Virus record (IMG/VR): IMGVR_UViG_3300032295_002421
Span: 1-64,000 of that record
Length of the DNA: 64,000 bases
Origin: a virus
Taxonomy: Duplodnaviria > Caudoviricetes
Strand: one strand, 5' to 3'
The notes beneath the pieces are model-generated. The model saw only the letters and a list, made by a program, of their open reading frames with translations. It was not told the origin of the DNA and did not search any database. Each line of letters starts with the position of its first letter. Within the stretch, counting starts at the first letter, position 1. The position numbers and the translations under genes were made by a program. Positions 7,502 through 18,149 of the stretch are shown here, piece by piece.

Positions 7502-8863
7502 ATGACAAAAACAGAAATGTATCAAGATTTAGAAGGATATCAATTTACAGAAAAAGAAATCCTTAGATTAGTACAAAGGTATATAGAAGAAAAACATTAT
7601 AAAAAAAGTTGGGAAGCAGGAAAAGATTGGGTTCAATATGCAGGGCCTTATTTTTCGTCTGATGAATATGTAGCGGCGGTTAAAAGTCTACTTACAGAAT
7701 GGTTAGTATTAGGAGCAGAGGCTAATAAATTTGAAACTAAATTCCCTAAAAAGTTTGGTAAAGACTATGGACTATTAGCTAATTCAGGATCTAGTGCAAA
7801 CTTATTAATGATGTTAGCTACGACTTCTAAAAGAGGTCGTAACTTACCTAAAGGTACAAAAGTAATTACACCAATTGCAGGTTTTCCTACTACTATAAAT
7901 CCTATATTACAAGTAGGATTCACACCTATTTTTGTTGATATTGAACTTGAAACTCTTAATTTAGATCTTGATCAAGTAGAACAAGTATGTATAAATAATC
8001 CTGATGCAAAGATTATTACATTTGCTCACGTATTAGGAAATCCTCCTAATATGAAAAAGCTTATGGAAATTATTGAAAAGTATGGTTTAATCTTATTAGA
8101 AGATTGTTGTGACGCATTAGGATCTTTCTATGAAGGAAAACCTTTAGGCTCATTTGGTGAATTAGCAAGCTGTTCATTTTATCCAGCGCATCATATGACT
8201 ATGGCAGAAGGTGGATTTGTTGCATGTAAAGATGAACATACAGAAAGGATTATACGTAGCTTTAGAGAGTGGGGTCGTGGTTGTTATTGTATAGGTAAAC
8301 AAAATCTATTAGAGAAAGGATCGTGCGGTTGTAGATTTAATAATTGGCTACCATCATTACCTAATGATTTATTTGATCACAAATATGTTTATGAAGAAAT
8401 AGGTTATAATTTAAAACCAATTGAACTTCAAGCTGCAATAGGATTAGTTCAAATGGAAAAACTAGATGAAATAGGTAAACTTCGTAGAGAAAACTATAAG
8501 AATTTATTTAATGCCTTTAAAAAACATGAACAATATTTTCATTTACACGAAGCACAACCAGGAGCAGACGTAGATTGGTTTGCATTCCCGATAACATTAA
8601 AGGATACTGCACCATTTAAAAGATCTGATATATGTCAATTCTTTGAATCAAATAAAATACAAACAAGACCTTACTTTGCAGGTAATATTATGTTACAACC
8701 TGCTTATGAAGGATTAATGGACCCAAAAGAAGTTATTGAAAAATTCCCTATCGCAAGAAAAGTTACAACAGATACATTCTTTTTAGGTACATCTCCTGTT
8801 ATTAATAAGGAAAAAATAGACTATATAGAAACTATTCTTAATAAATTTATTAATCAATTATGA
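7502..8863 (+). CDS. rfbH: NDP-4-keto-6-deoxyhexose 3-dehydrase (E1/RfbH/DdhC family, PMP and Fe-S dependent)
   Basis: NSGSSANL, EDCCDALG, SFYPAHHMT (His in place of the aminotransferase Lys), GRGCYC...CGC Fe-S cysteines. Confidence 0.9.
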   Translation: MTKTEMYQDLEGYQFTEKEILRLVQRYIEEKHYKKSWEAGKDWVQYAGPYFSSDEYVAAVKSLLTEWLVLGAEANKFETKFPKKFGKDYGLLANSGSSANLLMMLATTSKRGRNLPKGTKVITPIAGFPTTINPILQVGFTPIFVDIELETLNLDLDQVEQVCINNPDAKIITFAHVLGNPPNMKKLMEIIEKYGLILLEDCCDALGSFYEGKPLGSFGELASCSFYPAHHMTMAEGGFVACKDEHTERIIRSFREWGRGCYCIGKQNLLEKGSCGCRFNNWLPSLPNDLFDHKYVYEEIGYNLKPIELQAAIGLVQMEKLDEIGKLRRENYKNLFNAFKKHEQYFHLHEAQPGADVDWFAFPITLKDTAPFKRSDICQFFESNKIQTRPYFAGNIMLQPAYEGLMDPKEVIEKFPIARKVTTDTFFLGTSPVINKEKIDYIETILNKFINQL

Positions 8864-9849
8864 GTAATAAGAAAGCTTTAATTACCGGTATTAATGGACA
8901 AGACGGTGCATATTTAACAGAATTTCTTTTAGAAAAAGGTTATGATGTATACGGTATATTGAAACGCAATTCTGTTTCTGAAAATCAAACATCTAGACTT
9001 AACACTATATATTCTCAGATAAAAAATAATCTAGAATATGCAGATATGACAGACATTTCTTCTTTATATAGAGTAATTAATAAAATCAATCCTGATGAAA
9101 TATATAATTTAGCTGCGCAATCCCATGTAAGAATATCATTTGATCAACCTATTTATACAGCTAATGCTACTGGTATTGGAGTATTAAATTTAATGGAAGT
9201 TGTAAAAGAAGTTTTACCTTCTGCTAAAGTATATCAAGCATCTTCATCAGAAATGTTTGGAAATTCTATCGATCAAGATGGGTTTCAAAGAGAAACCACA
9301 CCAATGCACCCAGTTAGTCCTTATGGATGTTCAAAACTATTTGGATATAATATAACTAAAAACTATAGAAAATCATATAATTTATTTGTATCAAATGGAA
9401 TTTTATTTAATCATGAATCTCCAAGGCGTGGTACTAATTTTGTTACAAATAAAGTAGTAAAAGAAGCTATTAGAATATATTATGGACAATCTAATGAATT
9501 AAGATTAGGTAATTTAGAAGCAACAAGGGATTGGGGTCATGCAAAGGACTACGTAGAAGCAATGTGGAGAATATTACAACTAGAACAACCAGATGATTTT
9601 GTTTGCGCAACAGGAATTTCTCACTCGGTTAGAGATCTATGTGAATATGTTTTTACTCAATTAGGATTAAATTATCAAGATCATGTAAAAATAGATGAAA
9701 AGTATTTAAGGCCTGAAGAACTTAATGATTTAAAAGGAGATGCTACTAAATTAATTAAATCAACAGGATGGAAATCTAAATATACTTTTGAAACTATGTT
9801 AGATGAAATGATTGAATATTGGAAGTTTGAGTTAAATACAGTATTTTAA
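8860..9849 (+). CDS. gmd: GDP-mannose 4,6-dehydratase
   Basis: ALITGINGQDGAYL, NLAAQSHV, ASSSEMFG, SPYGCSK, FNHESPRRG-NFVT. Confidence 0.95.
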   Translation: MSNKKALITGINGQDGAYLTEFLLEKGYDVYGILKRNSVSENQTSRLNTIYSQIKNNLEYADMTDISSLYRVINKINPDEIYNLAAQSHVRISFDQPIYTANATGIGVLNLMEVVKEVLPSAKVYQASSSEMFGNSIDQDGFQRETTPMHPVSPYGCSKLFGYNITKNYRKSYNLFVSNGILFNHESPRRGTNFVTNKVVKEAIRIYYGQSNELRLGNLEATRDWGHAKDYVEAMWRILQLEQPDDFVCATGISHSVRDLCEYVFTQLGLNYQDHVKIDEKYLRPEELNDLKGDATKLIKSTGWKSKYTFETMLDEMIEYWKFELNTVF

Positions 9850-10751
9850 TGAAAAAATTAATTACAGGAGGAACTGGACTTATAGGATCAGCTTTTAAAG
9901 ACGGGATAAAAGTAGGATCTAACGATTATAATTTAATCGATAAAACACAAGTAGAAAAGATGCTAAGTGATAATAAACCTAATATAGTTATTCATACAGC
10001 AGCTATGGTAGGTGGTTTAGGTGCAAATATGACATATCCTGCAGACTTCTTTTATCACAATATAATGATGAACACAAATGTAATAGAACAATCAAGACTT
10101 GCTAATGTAGACAAGTTAGTTTGTTTCCTATCTACTTGTGTATTTCCAGATAAAGTTGAGTACCCTTTAAATGAATCTAAAATTCATCAAGGCGAACCCC
10201 ACTTTTCAAATGCCCCGTATGCCTATGCTAAGAGAATGGCAGATATTCAAATACAGGCATCTAATAAACAATACGGCACAAAATATTTTTCTGTAATACC
10301 ATGTAATGTATATGGCCCTAAAGATAATTACCATCTTCAAAATGGTCATGTCATTCCTACATTAATTCATAAGTGTTATTTGGCCAAACAAAACAAGACA
10401 GACTTTGAAGTATGGGGAGACGGATCGCCATTAAGAGAGTTTATATATTCTCAAGATGTTACGGACATTATAGACTTGTTAATTGAGAAATATGAAGGAA
10501 CTGATCCCATTATAATTTCTAATCCTCAAGAATATACAATAAAACAAGTAGTAGATCTTATTGTTGAATATATTGGTTTTGAAGGAAAAATTAAGTGGTT
10601 AACAGATAAACCTAATGGACAACACAGAAAACCTTCAACAAATAAAAAGCTTATTGATATAATAGGTGATTTTAATTTTACTACTTTAGAGTTAGGATTA
10701 AAAAAGTCAGTAGAGTTTTTTATATTAAACTATCCAAACATTAGAAAATGA
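9849..10751 (+). CDS. fcl: GDP-L-fucose synthase (or related GDP-4-keto sugar epimerase/reductase)
   Basis: ITGGTGLIG, AAMVGGL, FLSTCVFP, YAYAKR, HVIP-LI. Confidence 0.92.
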   Translation: MKKLITGGTGLIGSAFKDGIKVGSNDYNLIDKTQVEKMLSDNKPNIVIHTAAMVGGLGANMTYPADFFYHNIMMNTNVIEQSRLANVDKLVCFLSTCVFPDKVEYPLNESKIHQGEPHFSNAPYAYAKRMADIQIQASNKQYGTKYFSVIPCNVYGPKDNYHLQNGHVIPTLIHKCYLAKQNKTDFEVWGDGSPLREFIYSQDVTDIIDLLIEKYEGTDPIIISNPQEYTIKQVVDLIVEYIGFEGKIKWLTDKPNGQHRKPSTNKKLIDIIGDFNFTTLELGLKKSVEFFILNYPNIRK

Positions 10752-11737
10752 AAATAGCTTTTATTAGTGAATTACCTTTAAAAGATAAAGTTGCAGAAAA
10801 CTATCCAAATATGAGAACTGAATTTGCTTGGATGTTTGCTTTAAATGCTGATCATTTTAATATTACTAAAATATCAGAAGTAATAGACTATGATCATGTT
10901 TTTATAATATTTCCTAAAGGCGAAGTCTATTTAAATTCTGTAGGATCCAAATTAATTAATAAACAAAATCCAGTATCAGATTTATTAAGAATTGATTTTA
11001 TAGGAATATTAAAACAATTAAATAAAAAAGTACATTTTATTCAAGAAGGTCCTCATTGGTTATGGAATGATTATGAAGTAGAAGATCAAATAAATTACTT
11101 AAATATGATATGGAGTTGTGACTCAATATTTTGTCATAATTCATATGATAGTAATTATTATTCTGGATTATTTCCTGGAAAAAAAGTTAATGTAATACCG
11201 ACCCTATTAATAGAAAGCTTATTACAAGATATAGTACCGGACCATCAAGATAAAACAATGATTGGAGGAAACTTTGCAAGATGGTATGGAGGATTTGAAT
11301 CTTATACAGTAGCATCGATTTTTAATAATCCAATATGGGTTCAAGATTCTCATGCAAAAAGAAATCAAGAACCAATGATGGAAAATCTAAATCACTTACC
11401 AAGATTAATTTGGCTTGATTGGATGAAACAATTATCTACTTTCAAATATGCAGTTCATTTAATGCCAACAGTGGCTGCTGGAACTTTTTCTCTTAATTGT
11501 GCATATTTTGGAATACCTTGTATAGGTAATGCAGAAGTAGATACCCAAAACGTTTGCCATCCAGATTTATCAGTAAATGTTTCAGATATTAGATATGCTA
11601 GAAAATTAGCAGAGTCTTTAAGAGATAATAAAACATTTTATGAACACTGTAGTAAAACTGCCAAAGAAAATTATCACAAGCACTATTCTTTAGAAGTTTG
11701 GAAAGATAGTATGAATCAAATATTAAATACTTTATGA
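10748..11737 (+). CDS. Putative GT-B glycosyltransferase
   Basis: HFIQEGPHW, AAGTFSLNCAYFGIPCIG (GT-B C-terminal pattern); cluster context. Confidence 0.65.
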   Translation: MKIAFISELPLKDKVAENYPNMRTEFAWMFALNADHFNITKISEVIDYDHVFIIFPKGEVYLNSVGSKLINKQNPVSDLLRIDFIGILKQLNKKVHFIQEGPHWLWNDYEVEDQINYLNMIWSCDSIFCHNSYDSNYYSGLFPGKKVNVIPTLLIESLLQDIVPDHQDKTMIGGNFARWYGGFESYTVASIFNNPIWVQDSHAKRNQEPMMENLNHLPRLIWLDWMKQLSTFKYAVHLMPTVAAGTFSLNCAYFGIPCIGNAEVDTQNVCHPDLSVNVSDIRYARKLAESLRDNKTFYEHCSKTAKENYHKHYSLEVWKDSMNQILNTL

Positions 11738-14115
11738 TAATACAAATAACATTAGTTAGAAATGAGTTGACTCTTATTAAAGAACTACTTCCTATTTGGA
11801 AGAAGTACGCTGATGGCTTTGTATTCATGTTAGATACTAATACAGATACTACAGAAGAATATTTGAATGAAGTAAAAGAAAAATATAACATTTTAAATGT
11901 TATTAAAAATGAACAACTTGATGGTGAACTAACTATAGAAACTAATGTAAGACAAAAATTGTTTGATGAAGGTTTAAAATATTCAAATAAAATAATTTGT
12001 TTAGATGCTGATGAATACTTAGATGGTTCTCTAACCAAGCAAGAATTAGAAGAGATCTTAGATAAAAATCCAGATACACTTTTCCATTTAAACTGGATCC
12101 AGTATACATCATCTAACACTATAAGAGTAGACGGGCCTTGGAAAAACAATATTAAAGATAGAATAGGTTCTTATACAGGTAAACCTCAGTTTGAAAAAAA
12201 GCAGATGCATTCAACGCATCTTCCTATTCCTAAAAATCAACTTGCTATAGATAAATTGTTTGTTGCCCACTTACAATGGTTAGATAAGAACTATGTAGCT
12301 ATAAAACAATACTTTTGGAAGGTAACTGATTATATCAATAATAAGAAGTATGGTGTAGATGTAGCAGGTACTACCGCATATGATCAATCAGTAAACAACT
12401 TTAATTGGGAAGAAGAGTATTTTGATTTTGAACTAAAGATAAGAGAAGATATATTTGAAGATATACCTAATTCAAATAACTATAGAGTAGATTGGATTAA
12501 AGAGAATGTTGCAAAATATAATATACCTAATTTAGGAGATTGGGGTTACAATATTCATGATAGTGTACCAATGTATTTTTGTACAGCAGCAGATGAAAAA
12601 CACTATCCTATTCTTATAAACATGATTGGTAGTCTTCATAAGCATAATTACTACGATATTGTAGAGATTCGTGTATACAATCTCGGTTTTAATGAACAAC
12701 AAAAAAGTGAATTAAAAAATATAAAGAAAGTAAAAGTATGCGAAATAGAAAAGACAAACCCTCAGATATTAGAACTTATTCAAACTAGCGAAACTAAATT
12801 ATCTAGAGGAGCATTTTCATGGAAACCTGTAGTTATAAAAGACGCGCTAGATCATCAACCATATACACTTTATATAGATGCTGGAACTACTGTATTAAAA
12901 CCCATAAATAATATATTCAAACATATTATTCAAAATAAATACCTTCTACTTGATTGTGGGCATTCTATAAAATGGATGACTACAAAGCATGTAATAGAAA
13001 GCCAAAACCTAAATTCACCAGAGAATAATTGGATCTTAGAAGACAGCATATTTGGAATAGATGCAGGCTTTCAAGGTATATCCAAAGAACTGTATGATGA
13101 TTATGTACTCCCAGTCTATGAACTAACAAAGGATATCAATAACTTTATTGATGATAAGACATGTCCAAATGGATATGGAACTGCTAGACAAGATCAAACT
13201 CTATATAGTATACAAGCTAGAAAACTTGGGCTTCATTTAAACTACCATGATGATCCTACAAAAGATTGTAATTTTGTTATAGATAAAAATAAAATACCTT
13301 TTCATTTAACTCATAATAAATTAAATATAAGAGAGAACACACTTATATTTAGATCTAGATGGAATTTAGATTATCCTTTATATAAAGATTATTCTAGTAG
13401 TTTAAAAAGAAAGTACTTAATATCTGTAGCAACAGGTATTGGTTTATTAAATAAATATGAAAGATTTATAGACTCATATTTTAATAATATACAACAACAA
13501 GTAAATTTTAATAGAATAGAATTTATAATTGTTTACAGTGAATGGTCTAACAAGTTTGATAAGTATGCAAATCTATCTAATATTAGGTTCATACAAGAAG
13601 ATCAAAAGCTTGGAGCTTATCATGCATGGAATTTAGGGATCATAAATGCAACAGCTGAGTATGTTACTAATTGGAATATAGATGATTTAAGGTTCCCTCT
13701 TAACAATAAAATCAAATATGATACCCTATCTAAAAATTTACAATTAGACTTAGTATATAATTGGTATGTAGGAGTAACACCTGAAGAATTAGAAGCAGAT
13801 ATAGACATATATTCAAAACCTATACAACAATACCCAGATGAATATCATAACCATACACATATTGCATGTATGGCTGGACCTGATCCACTATGGAGAAAAA
13901 CGTTTCATTTGTTCGGAGGATTATTTAATTTTAAAGAATACAGCATTATTGGAGATTGGGAAATGTGGATAAGAATGTCAAGAATGGGTCTTAAATTTAA
14001 ATTAATTCCTCATATACTTTGTATTTATGTTGATCATCAAGACACGGTTAGTAAAAGTAATGACACCAAATTAGAAGAGCAAAAAATAAAGTTAGCTCAA
14101 CAATATAAATTTTAA
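11734..14115 (+). CDS. Three-domain glycosyltransferase (GT2-like + DUF1647-like GT-A + GT2-like)
   Basis: N-domain ICLDADE; middle domain FSWKP...YIDAG...RQDQ; C-domain GAYHAWNLGI...NWNIDD...IGDWEMWIR. Confidence 0.8.
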   Translation: MIIQITLVRNELTLIKELLPIWKKYADGFVFMLDTNTDTTEEYLNEVKEKYNILNVIKNEQLDGELTIETNVRQKLFDEGLKYSNKIICLDADEYLDGSLTKQELEEILDKNPDTLFHLNWIQYTSSNTIRVDGPWKNNIKDRIGSYTGKPQFEKKQMHSTHLPIPKNQLAIDKLFVAHLQWLDKNYVAIKQYFWKVTDYINNKKYGVDVAGTTAYDQSVNNFNWEEEYFDFELKIREDIFEDIPNSNNYRVDWIKENVAKYNIPNLGDWGYNIHDSVPMYFCTAADEKHYPILINMIGSLHKHNYYDIVEIRVYNLGFNEQQKSELKNIKKVKVCEIEKTNPQILELIQTSETKLSRGAFSWKPVVIKDALDHQPYTLYIDAGTTVLKPINNIFKHIIQNKYLLLDCGHSIKWMTTKHVIESQNLNSPENNWILEDSIFGIDAGFQGISKELYDDYVLPVYELTKDINNFIDDKTCPNGYGTARQDQTLYSIQARKLGLHLNYHDDPTKDCNFVIDKNKIPFHLTHNKLNIRENTLIFRSRWNLDYPLYKDYSSSLKRKYLISVATGIGLLNKYERFIDSYFNNIQQQVNFNRIEFIIVYSEWSNKFDKYANLSNIRFIQEDQKLGAYHAWNLGIINATAEYVTNWNIDDLRFPLNNKIKYDTLSKNLQLDLVYNWYVGVTPEELEADIDIYSKPIQQYPDEYHNHTHIACMAGPDPLWRKTFHLFGGLFNFKEYSIIGDWEMWIRMSRMGLKFKLIPHILCIYVDHQDTVSKSNDTKLEEQKIKLAQQYKF

Positions 14116-14122
14116 ATTAGGT

Positions 14123-14614
14123 ATGATAGTAGGTAGTGGAGATATTGCAAAAATATTAGAAGACAGAGAAGGTGCAATTTTCTTTGCATCTGGCGTTTCA
14201 AATAGTAATGAAAAGAGAGAGGAAGAATATCAAAGAGAAAAAAACTTGTTACTAAAACAAGATAAAAGTAAGTGTATATTTTATTTTAGTTCTATTTCAA
14301 TAGATGAAGTTAATAAATCACAAAATAGATACCTTCAGCATAAAAAAGAAATGGAAGAATTAATAGACTCATCTTATGAAAACTACAATATAATAAGAAT
14401 AGGCAATATAAATTGGGGTACTAATCCAAATACATTTATAAACTATATAAAAAATAAATTAAAGTTAAATGAACCTGTGATTATTAAAGACGAGTATAAG
14501 TTTATAATTGATCAAAAAACTTTATTGCTTCTTACAAAGTCACTCCCATTAACTGGTAAGAATCTTATAAATGCATTTTCTAAAATGGGGAAAGTAGCAG
14601 ACTTATTAAAATAA
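14123..14614 (+). CDS. Short NAD-dependent epimerase/dehydratase-like protein
   Basis: MIVGSGDIA, FFASGVSNS, YFSS, Y-HK. Confidence 0.6.
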   Translation: MIVGSGDIAKILEDREGAIFFASGVSNSNEKREEEYQREKNLLLKQDKSKCIFYFSSISIDEVNKSQNRYLQHKKEMEELIDSSYENYNIIRIGNINWGTNPNTFINYIKNKLKLNEPVIIKDEYKFIIDQKTLLLLTKSLPLTGKNLINAFSKMGKVADLLK

Positions 14615-14626
14615 ACAATTAAATAA

Positions 14627-15457
14627 ATGAAAAATTCTTTTTACATTATTACCATTCATAATAAACAAGATCTAATTCAAAAAGTTCTAGAAGGAGTAGT
14701 TAACTCCACAAAGGACTCAGAATACAAAGTTAATATAATTTGTGTTTTAGATGGATGCACAGATAATTCTGAATCTATTATAGATGAATTTACTAAGACT
14801 ATAGATCCTAGGTATGTAATCCATAAAATATATCAAGATGATGTTCACGAATTATTGTCATTAAATGCCTCATTTAAGTACATAGAAACATTAGAACATT
14901 CGGAAGAAGATCTTATATTCTTACTCCAAGATGATGTAATCTTACAAGAACCAGATCTAAATGAAATAATAGAATTACTATATAATCAAAATACAGAATT
15001 AGGATACGTTTCCTTTAGGTGTGGACTACTAACTAGTTTAGATCAACAAGGAGTTCTTTGTGAGCATTCATTTATAGAATCAACAGATGGACATTGGAAA
15101 CAATTGAATCTAGATCATTTTATTGAAATGAATAATAAAGAGTTTGGCTTTATTGAGATTGTAATAAAAAGCCCAACATGCATAAAGAAAAAAGTTTTAG
15201 ATAAGGTAGGATATTTTGATGAAAACCTAGCTCCATTTGGCCATGACGATTTAGACTTATGTATAAGATTAAATAAACTAGGATATAAAAATGCCGTGTT
15301 TGGTGCAAGCTTCTCTAGTAAGTTAGATTGGGGAGGTACTAGAGAGGAGAAAAACCAAGATAAAGAATATCATAAAAGTTATAATGAAATTATCTGGAGA
15401 AATAAAATATACTTAACAAATAAACACAGAGATTATTATGAAGCTAAGCAAAAATAA
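14627..15457 (+). CDS. GT2 family glycosyltransferase
   Basis: ITIHN, DGCTDNS, LLQDDV, GHDDLDLC-R. Confidence 0.85.
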   Translation: MKNSFYIITIHNKQDLIQKVLEGVVNSTKDSEYKVNIICVLDGCTDNSESIIDEFTKTIDPRYVIHKIYQDDVHELLSLNASFKYIETLEHSEEDLIFLLQDDVILQEPDLNEIIELLYNQNTELGYVSFRCGLLTSLDQQGVLCEHSFIESTDGHWKQLNLDHFIEMNNKEFGFIEIVIKSPTCIKKKVLDKVGYFDENLAPFGHDDLDLCIRLNKLGYKNAVFGASFSSKLDWGGTREEKNQDKEYHKSYNEIIWRNKIYLTNKHRDYYEAKQK

Positions 15458-16196
15458 ATTACATGAAGATTTTATAAAGTATTCTAAAGATTGGATAGAT
15501 ACAGTTGAAAATAATTCCTCAGTGTATGACTATTTTGAGAAGCAAGTAAATGATTATGACAGTTTATTTAACCACACAGAAATTGTTGCTAAGTATAAAC
15601 TAGGATATGGAGAGAAAGCTTTTCGATATTTGTGGGCATTAGTTTTTTCTCAAATGCCAAAAGAAGGAAAGTTTCTAGAGATCGGAGTATTTAAAGGATC
15701 TATATTAGCTTTATCTCAGCTCGTATCAAAAGAATTAGAACTGAACATATCAACATATGGATTAACACCCTTAAATAATACAGGAGATAAATACTCTGTG
15801 TATGATATAGATAACTATGAGTATGCCATTTCATTTCTCTATCATAATTTAGGACTAACTATAGATAATACATTTATTATAGAAGGACTATCTACAGATG
15901 AAAATGCTAAGAATGGTGCTAAAGAGAATGGACCGTATGATGTTGTTTATATAGATGGTGGTCATGACTATGAAACAGTTGTAAGTGACATTGATTTATC
16001 CACAGAGATACTAAAACCAGGTGGATTGTTAGTCATGGATGATGCATCTAGCTTATTAAACTTAGGTCCTAATCATAAAGGGTTTGCGGGCCACTTAGAC
16101 GTAGGTCTTGCAATCAGAGATCATATCGATACTAAAGATATCTACAAACATTTATTTGCTTGTGGACACAACAGAGTTTGGATTAAAAATAAATAG
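15438..16196 (+). CDS. Class I SAM-dependent methyltransferase (Methyltransf_24-like)
   Basis: LEIGVFKG, YIDGGHDYE-V-D, GGLLVMDD. Confidence 0.85.
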   Translation: MKLSKNKLHEDFIKYSKDWIDTVENNSSVYDYFEKQVNDYDSLFNHTEIVAKYKLGYGEKAFRYLWALVFSQMPKEGKFLEIGVFKGSILALSQLVSKELELNISTYGLTPLNNTGDKYSVYDIDNYEYAISFLYHNLGLTIDNTFIIEGLSTDENAKNGAKENGPYDVVYIDGGHDYETVVSDIDLSTEILKPGGLLVMDDASSLLNLGPNHKGFAGHLDVGLAIRDHIDTKDIYKHLFACGHNRVWIKNK

Positions 16197-16197
16197 A

Positions 16198-17166
16198 ATG
16201 AATTATATAGTTGTAACGTCAATTAATGGAGTAACTGAAGCCATAAAAAAGTTTAGTAAGATAGATGATTGGAAAGTAGTTGTGGTTGGAGATTTAAAAA
16301 GCGTTACTTATCAACACGAGAATGTAAAATTTTTAACAGTACAAGAACAACAAGACTTAGGCTTCAATATATTTAATACTACACCTTACAACCATTACTC
16401 AAGAAAAAACATTGGATATATATATTCAATTGGTCAAGGAGCTGAATATGTATATGATACTGATGACGATACTATTCCATATAAAAACTGGGGTATAAAA
16501 GATTTTAAATGTGATAAAGCAATATTAGGAGATAAGTACATTAATCCATTTAGTTTTTTTACAGATCAAAATGTGTGGCCTAGAGGATATCATTTACCTT
16601 ATATTAATAAAATACAACAATATACAAAAGAAGATGGAGATTATAATGTCGGAGTATGGCAAGGAATTATAGATGGTGATTCTGACTTTGATGCTATATA
16701 TAGACTTATAATAAATAAACATATTAAGTTTAATGATCATGAAGATATTGTAATCTCTCCTAATTCATATTCTCCATTTAATACTCAAAGTACTTTATGG
16801 AATAAAAAACTTTATAGTTTAATGTATATACCTATAACTGTTGACTTTAGATTTACAGATATTTTAAGAGGCTACATTGCTCAAAGAATAATGTGGGATC
16901 ATGGATATAGATTAGGGTTTCATTCTCCAAATACTTATCAAATTAGGAATGCTCATGACTACTATAAAGATTTTCTTGGAGAAATATCAATGTATCAAAA
17001 CATTCCTAAAGTAGTTGAATTATTAGATCAAATAAAATTGCCTAATGATTCTATAGAAAAAGATTTGTTACTAATATATTCATCTTTAGAAAATAAAAAT
17101 ATTGTTAGTAAATTAGAAATAGAAAATTTAAATAATTGGATAAAAGATATAAATAGTTTAAAATGA
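16198..17166 (+). CDS. STELLO/DUF288-like putative glycosyltransferase
   Basis: Start moved to ATG 16198. VVVGDLKS, PYNHYSRKNIGY, YDTDDD, WPRGY, D-DAIYRL, RFTDILRGY-AQR. Confidence 0.85.
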   Translation: MNYIVVTSINGVTEAIKKFSKIDDWKVVVVGDLKSVTYQHENVKFLTVQEQQDLGFNIFNTTPYNHYSRKNIGYIYSIGQGAEYVYDTDDDTIPYKNWGIKDFKCDKAILGDKYINPFSFFTDQNVWPRGYHLPYINKIQQYTKEDGDYNVGVWQGIIDGDSDFDAIYRLIINKHIKFNDHEDIVISPNSYSPFNTQSTLWNKKLYSLMYIPITVDFRFTDILRGYIAQRIMWDHGYRLGFHSPNTYQIRNAHDYYKDFLGEISMYQNIPKVVELLDQIKLPNDSIEKDLLLIYSSLENKNIVSKLEIENLNNWIKDINSLK

Positions 17167-18119
17167 TAAAAGTAGTTTATGTAACAGGATGTTTAGGATT
17201 TATAGGATCTTATGTAACTAGGGCTTGTTTAGAAAAAGGTTGGTATGTAAGAGGCATAGATAAGTGTACTTATGCATCCAATGAAGATCTTTTATCTGAA
17301 TTCACAAAAAAATATCCTGATAGATTTTCTTTTGAAAAAATAGATATTAATGACATGAAGTTTCTTTATGAGTGTGATTATATTATAAACACAGCAGCAG
17401 AAACCCATGTTGGAAATTCTATAGTAAGTAGTGATGAGTTCATACATTCTAATATAGATGGAGTTCATAATTTATTAGAGCTAATTAAAAACTATAGATT
17501 AGAATCTAATAGAAAACCTACTCTTCTGCACTTTTCAACAGATGAAGTTTATGGAGATATAGATAAAGGTACACATACAGAAGCCGATTTATTAAAACCA
17601 TCTAATCCATATTCAGCAACAAAAGCTGCAGCAGATATGTTAATACTTGCTTGGGCTAGAACATATAACCTACCCTATGTTATTGTTAGACCAACCAATA
17701 ATTATGGAATTGGACAGTATGTAGAAAAGTTAATTCCTAAGTCTTGTAAAATGTTGCACTTAGGAAAAAAGATATCGTTACATAATAACGGAACTCCTAT
17801 AAGAAATTGGCTTCATGCAGCAGATACTGCCAAAGCAGTAATAACAATTATAGAGTCTGGCGTTCAAAATGAAATTTATAATATAGCCGGGGGATTTGAA
17901 CAATCAAATTATGACACTGTAAAGAAAGTTATAAAAGAATTTAATGGATCTGATTATATTGAAAAATATCTAGATCTATCTTATTCCAGAATAGGGCAGG
18001 ACATTAGATACGCATTAGATGATTCTAAATTAAAAAATTTAGGTTGGAAACCTACTATGAAGTTTGATGAAGAAATTTCAAAAATAATTGATTATTATAG
18101 AAATAGGTTTATATGGTAA
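17163..18119 (+). CDS. rmlB: dTDP-glucose 4,6-dehydratase-like
   Basis: VTGCLGFIG, AAETHV, STDEVYG, NPYSATK, NNYG-GQ-EKLIP, R-GQD-RY. Confidence 0.88.
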   Translation: MIKVVYVTGCLGFIGSYVTRACLEKGWYVRGIDKCTYASNEDLLSEFTKKYPDRFSFEKIDINDMKFLYECDYIINTAAETHVGNSIVSSDEFIHSNIDGVHNLLELIKNYRLESNRKPTLLHFSTDEVYGDIDKGTHTEADLLKPSNPYSATKAAADMLILAWARTYNLPYVIVRPTNNYGIGQYVEKLIPKSCKMLHLGKKISLHNNGTPIRNWLHAADTAKAVITIIESGVQNEIYNIAGGFEQSNYDTVKKVIKEFNGSDYIEKYLDLSYSRIGQDIRYALDDSKLKNLGWKPTMKFDEEISKIIDYYRNRFIW

Positions 18120-18149
18120 ATAATATTCAAATATAAATAAAATACACGT

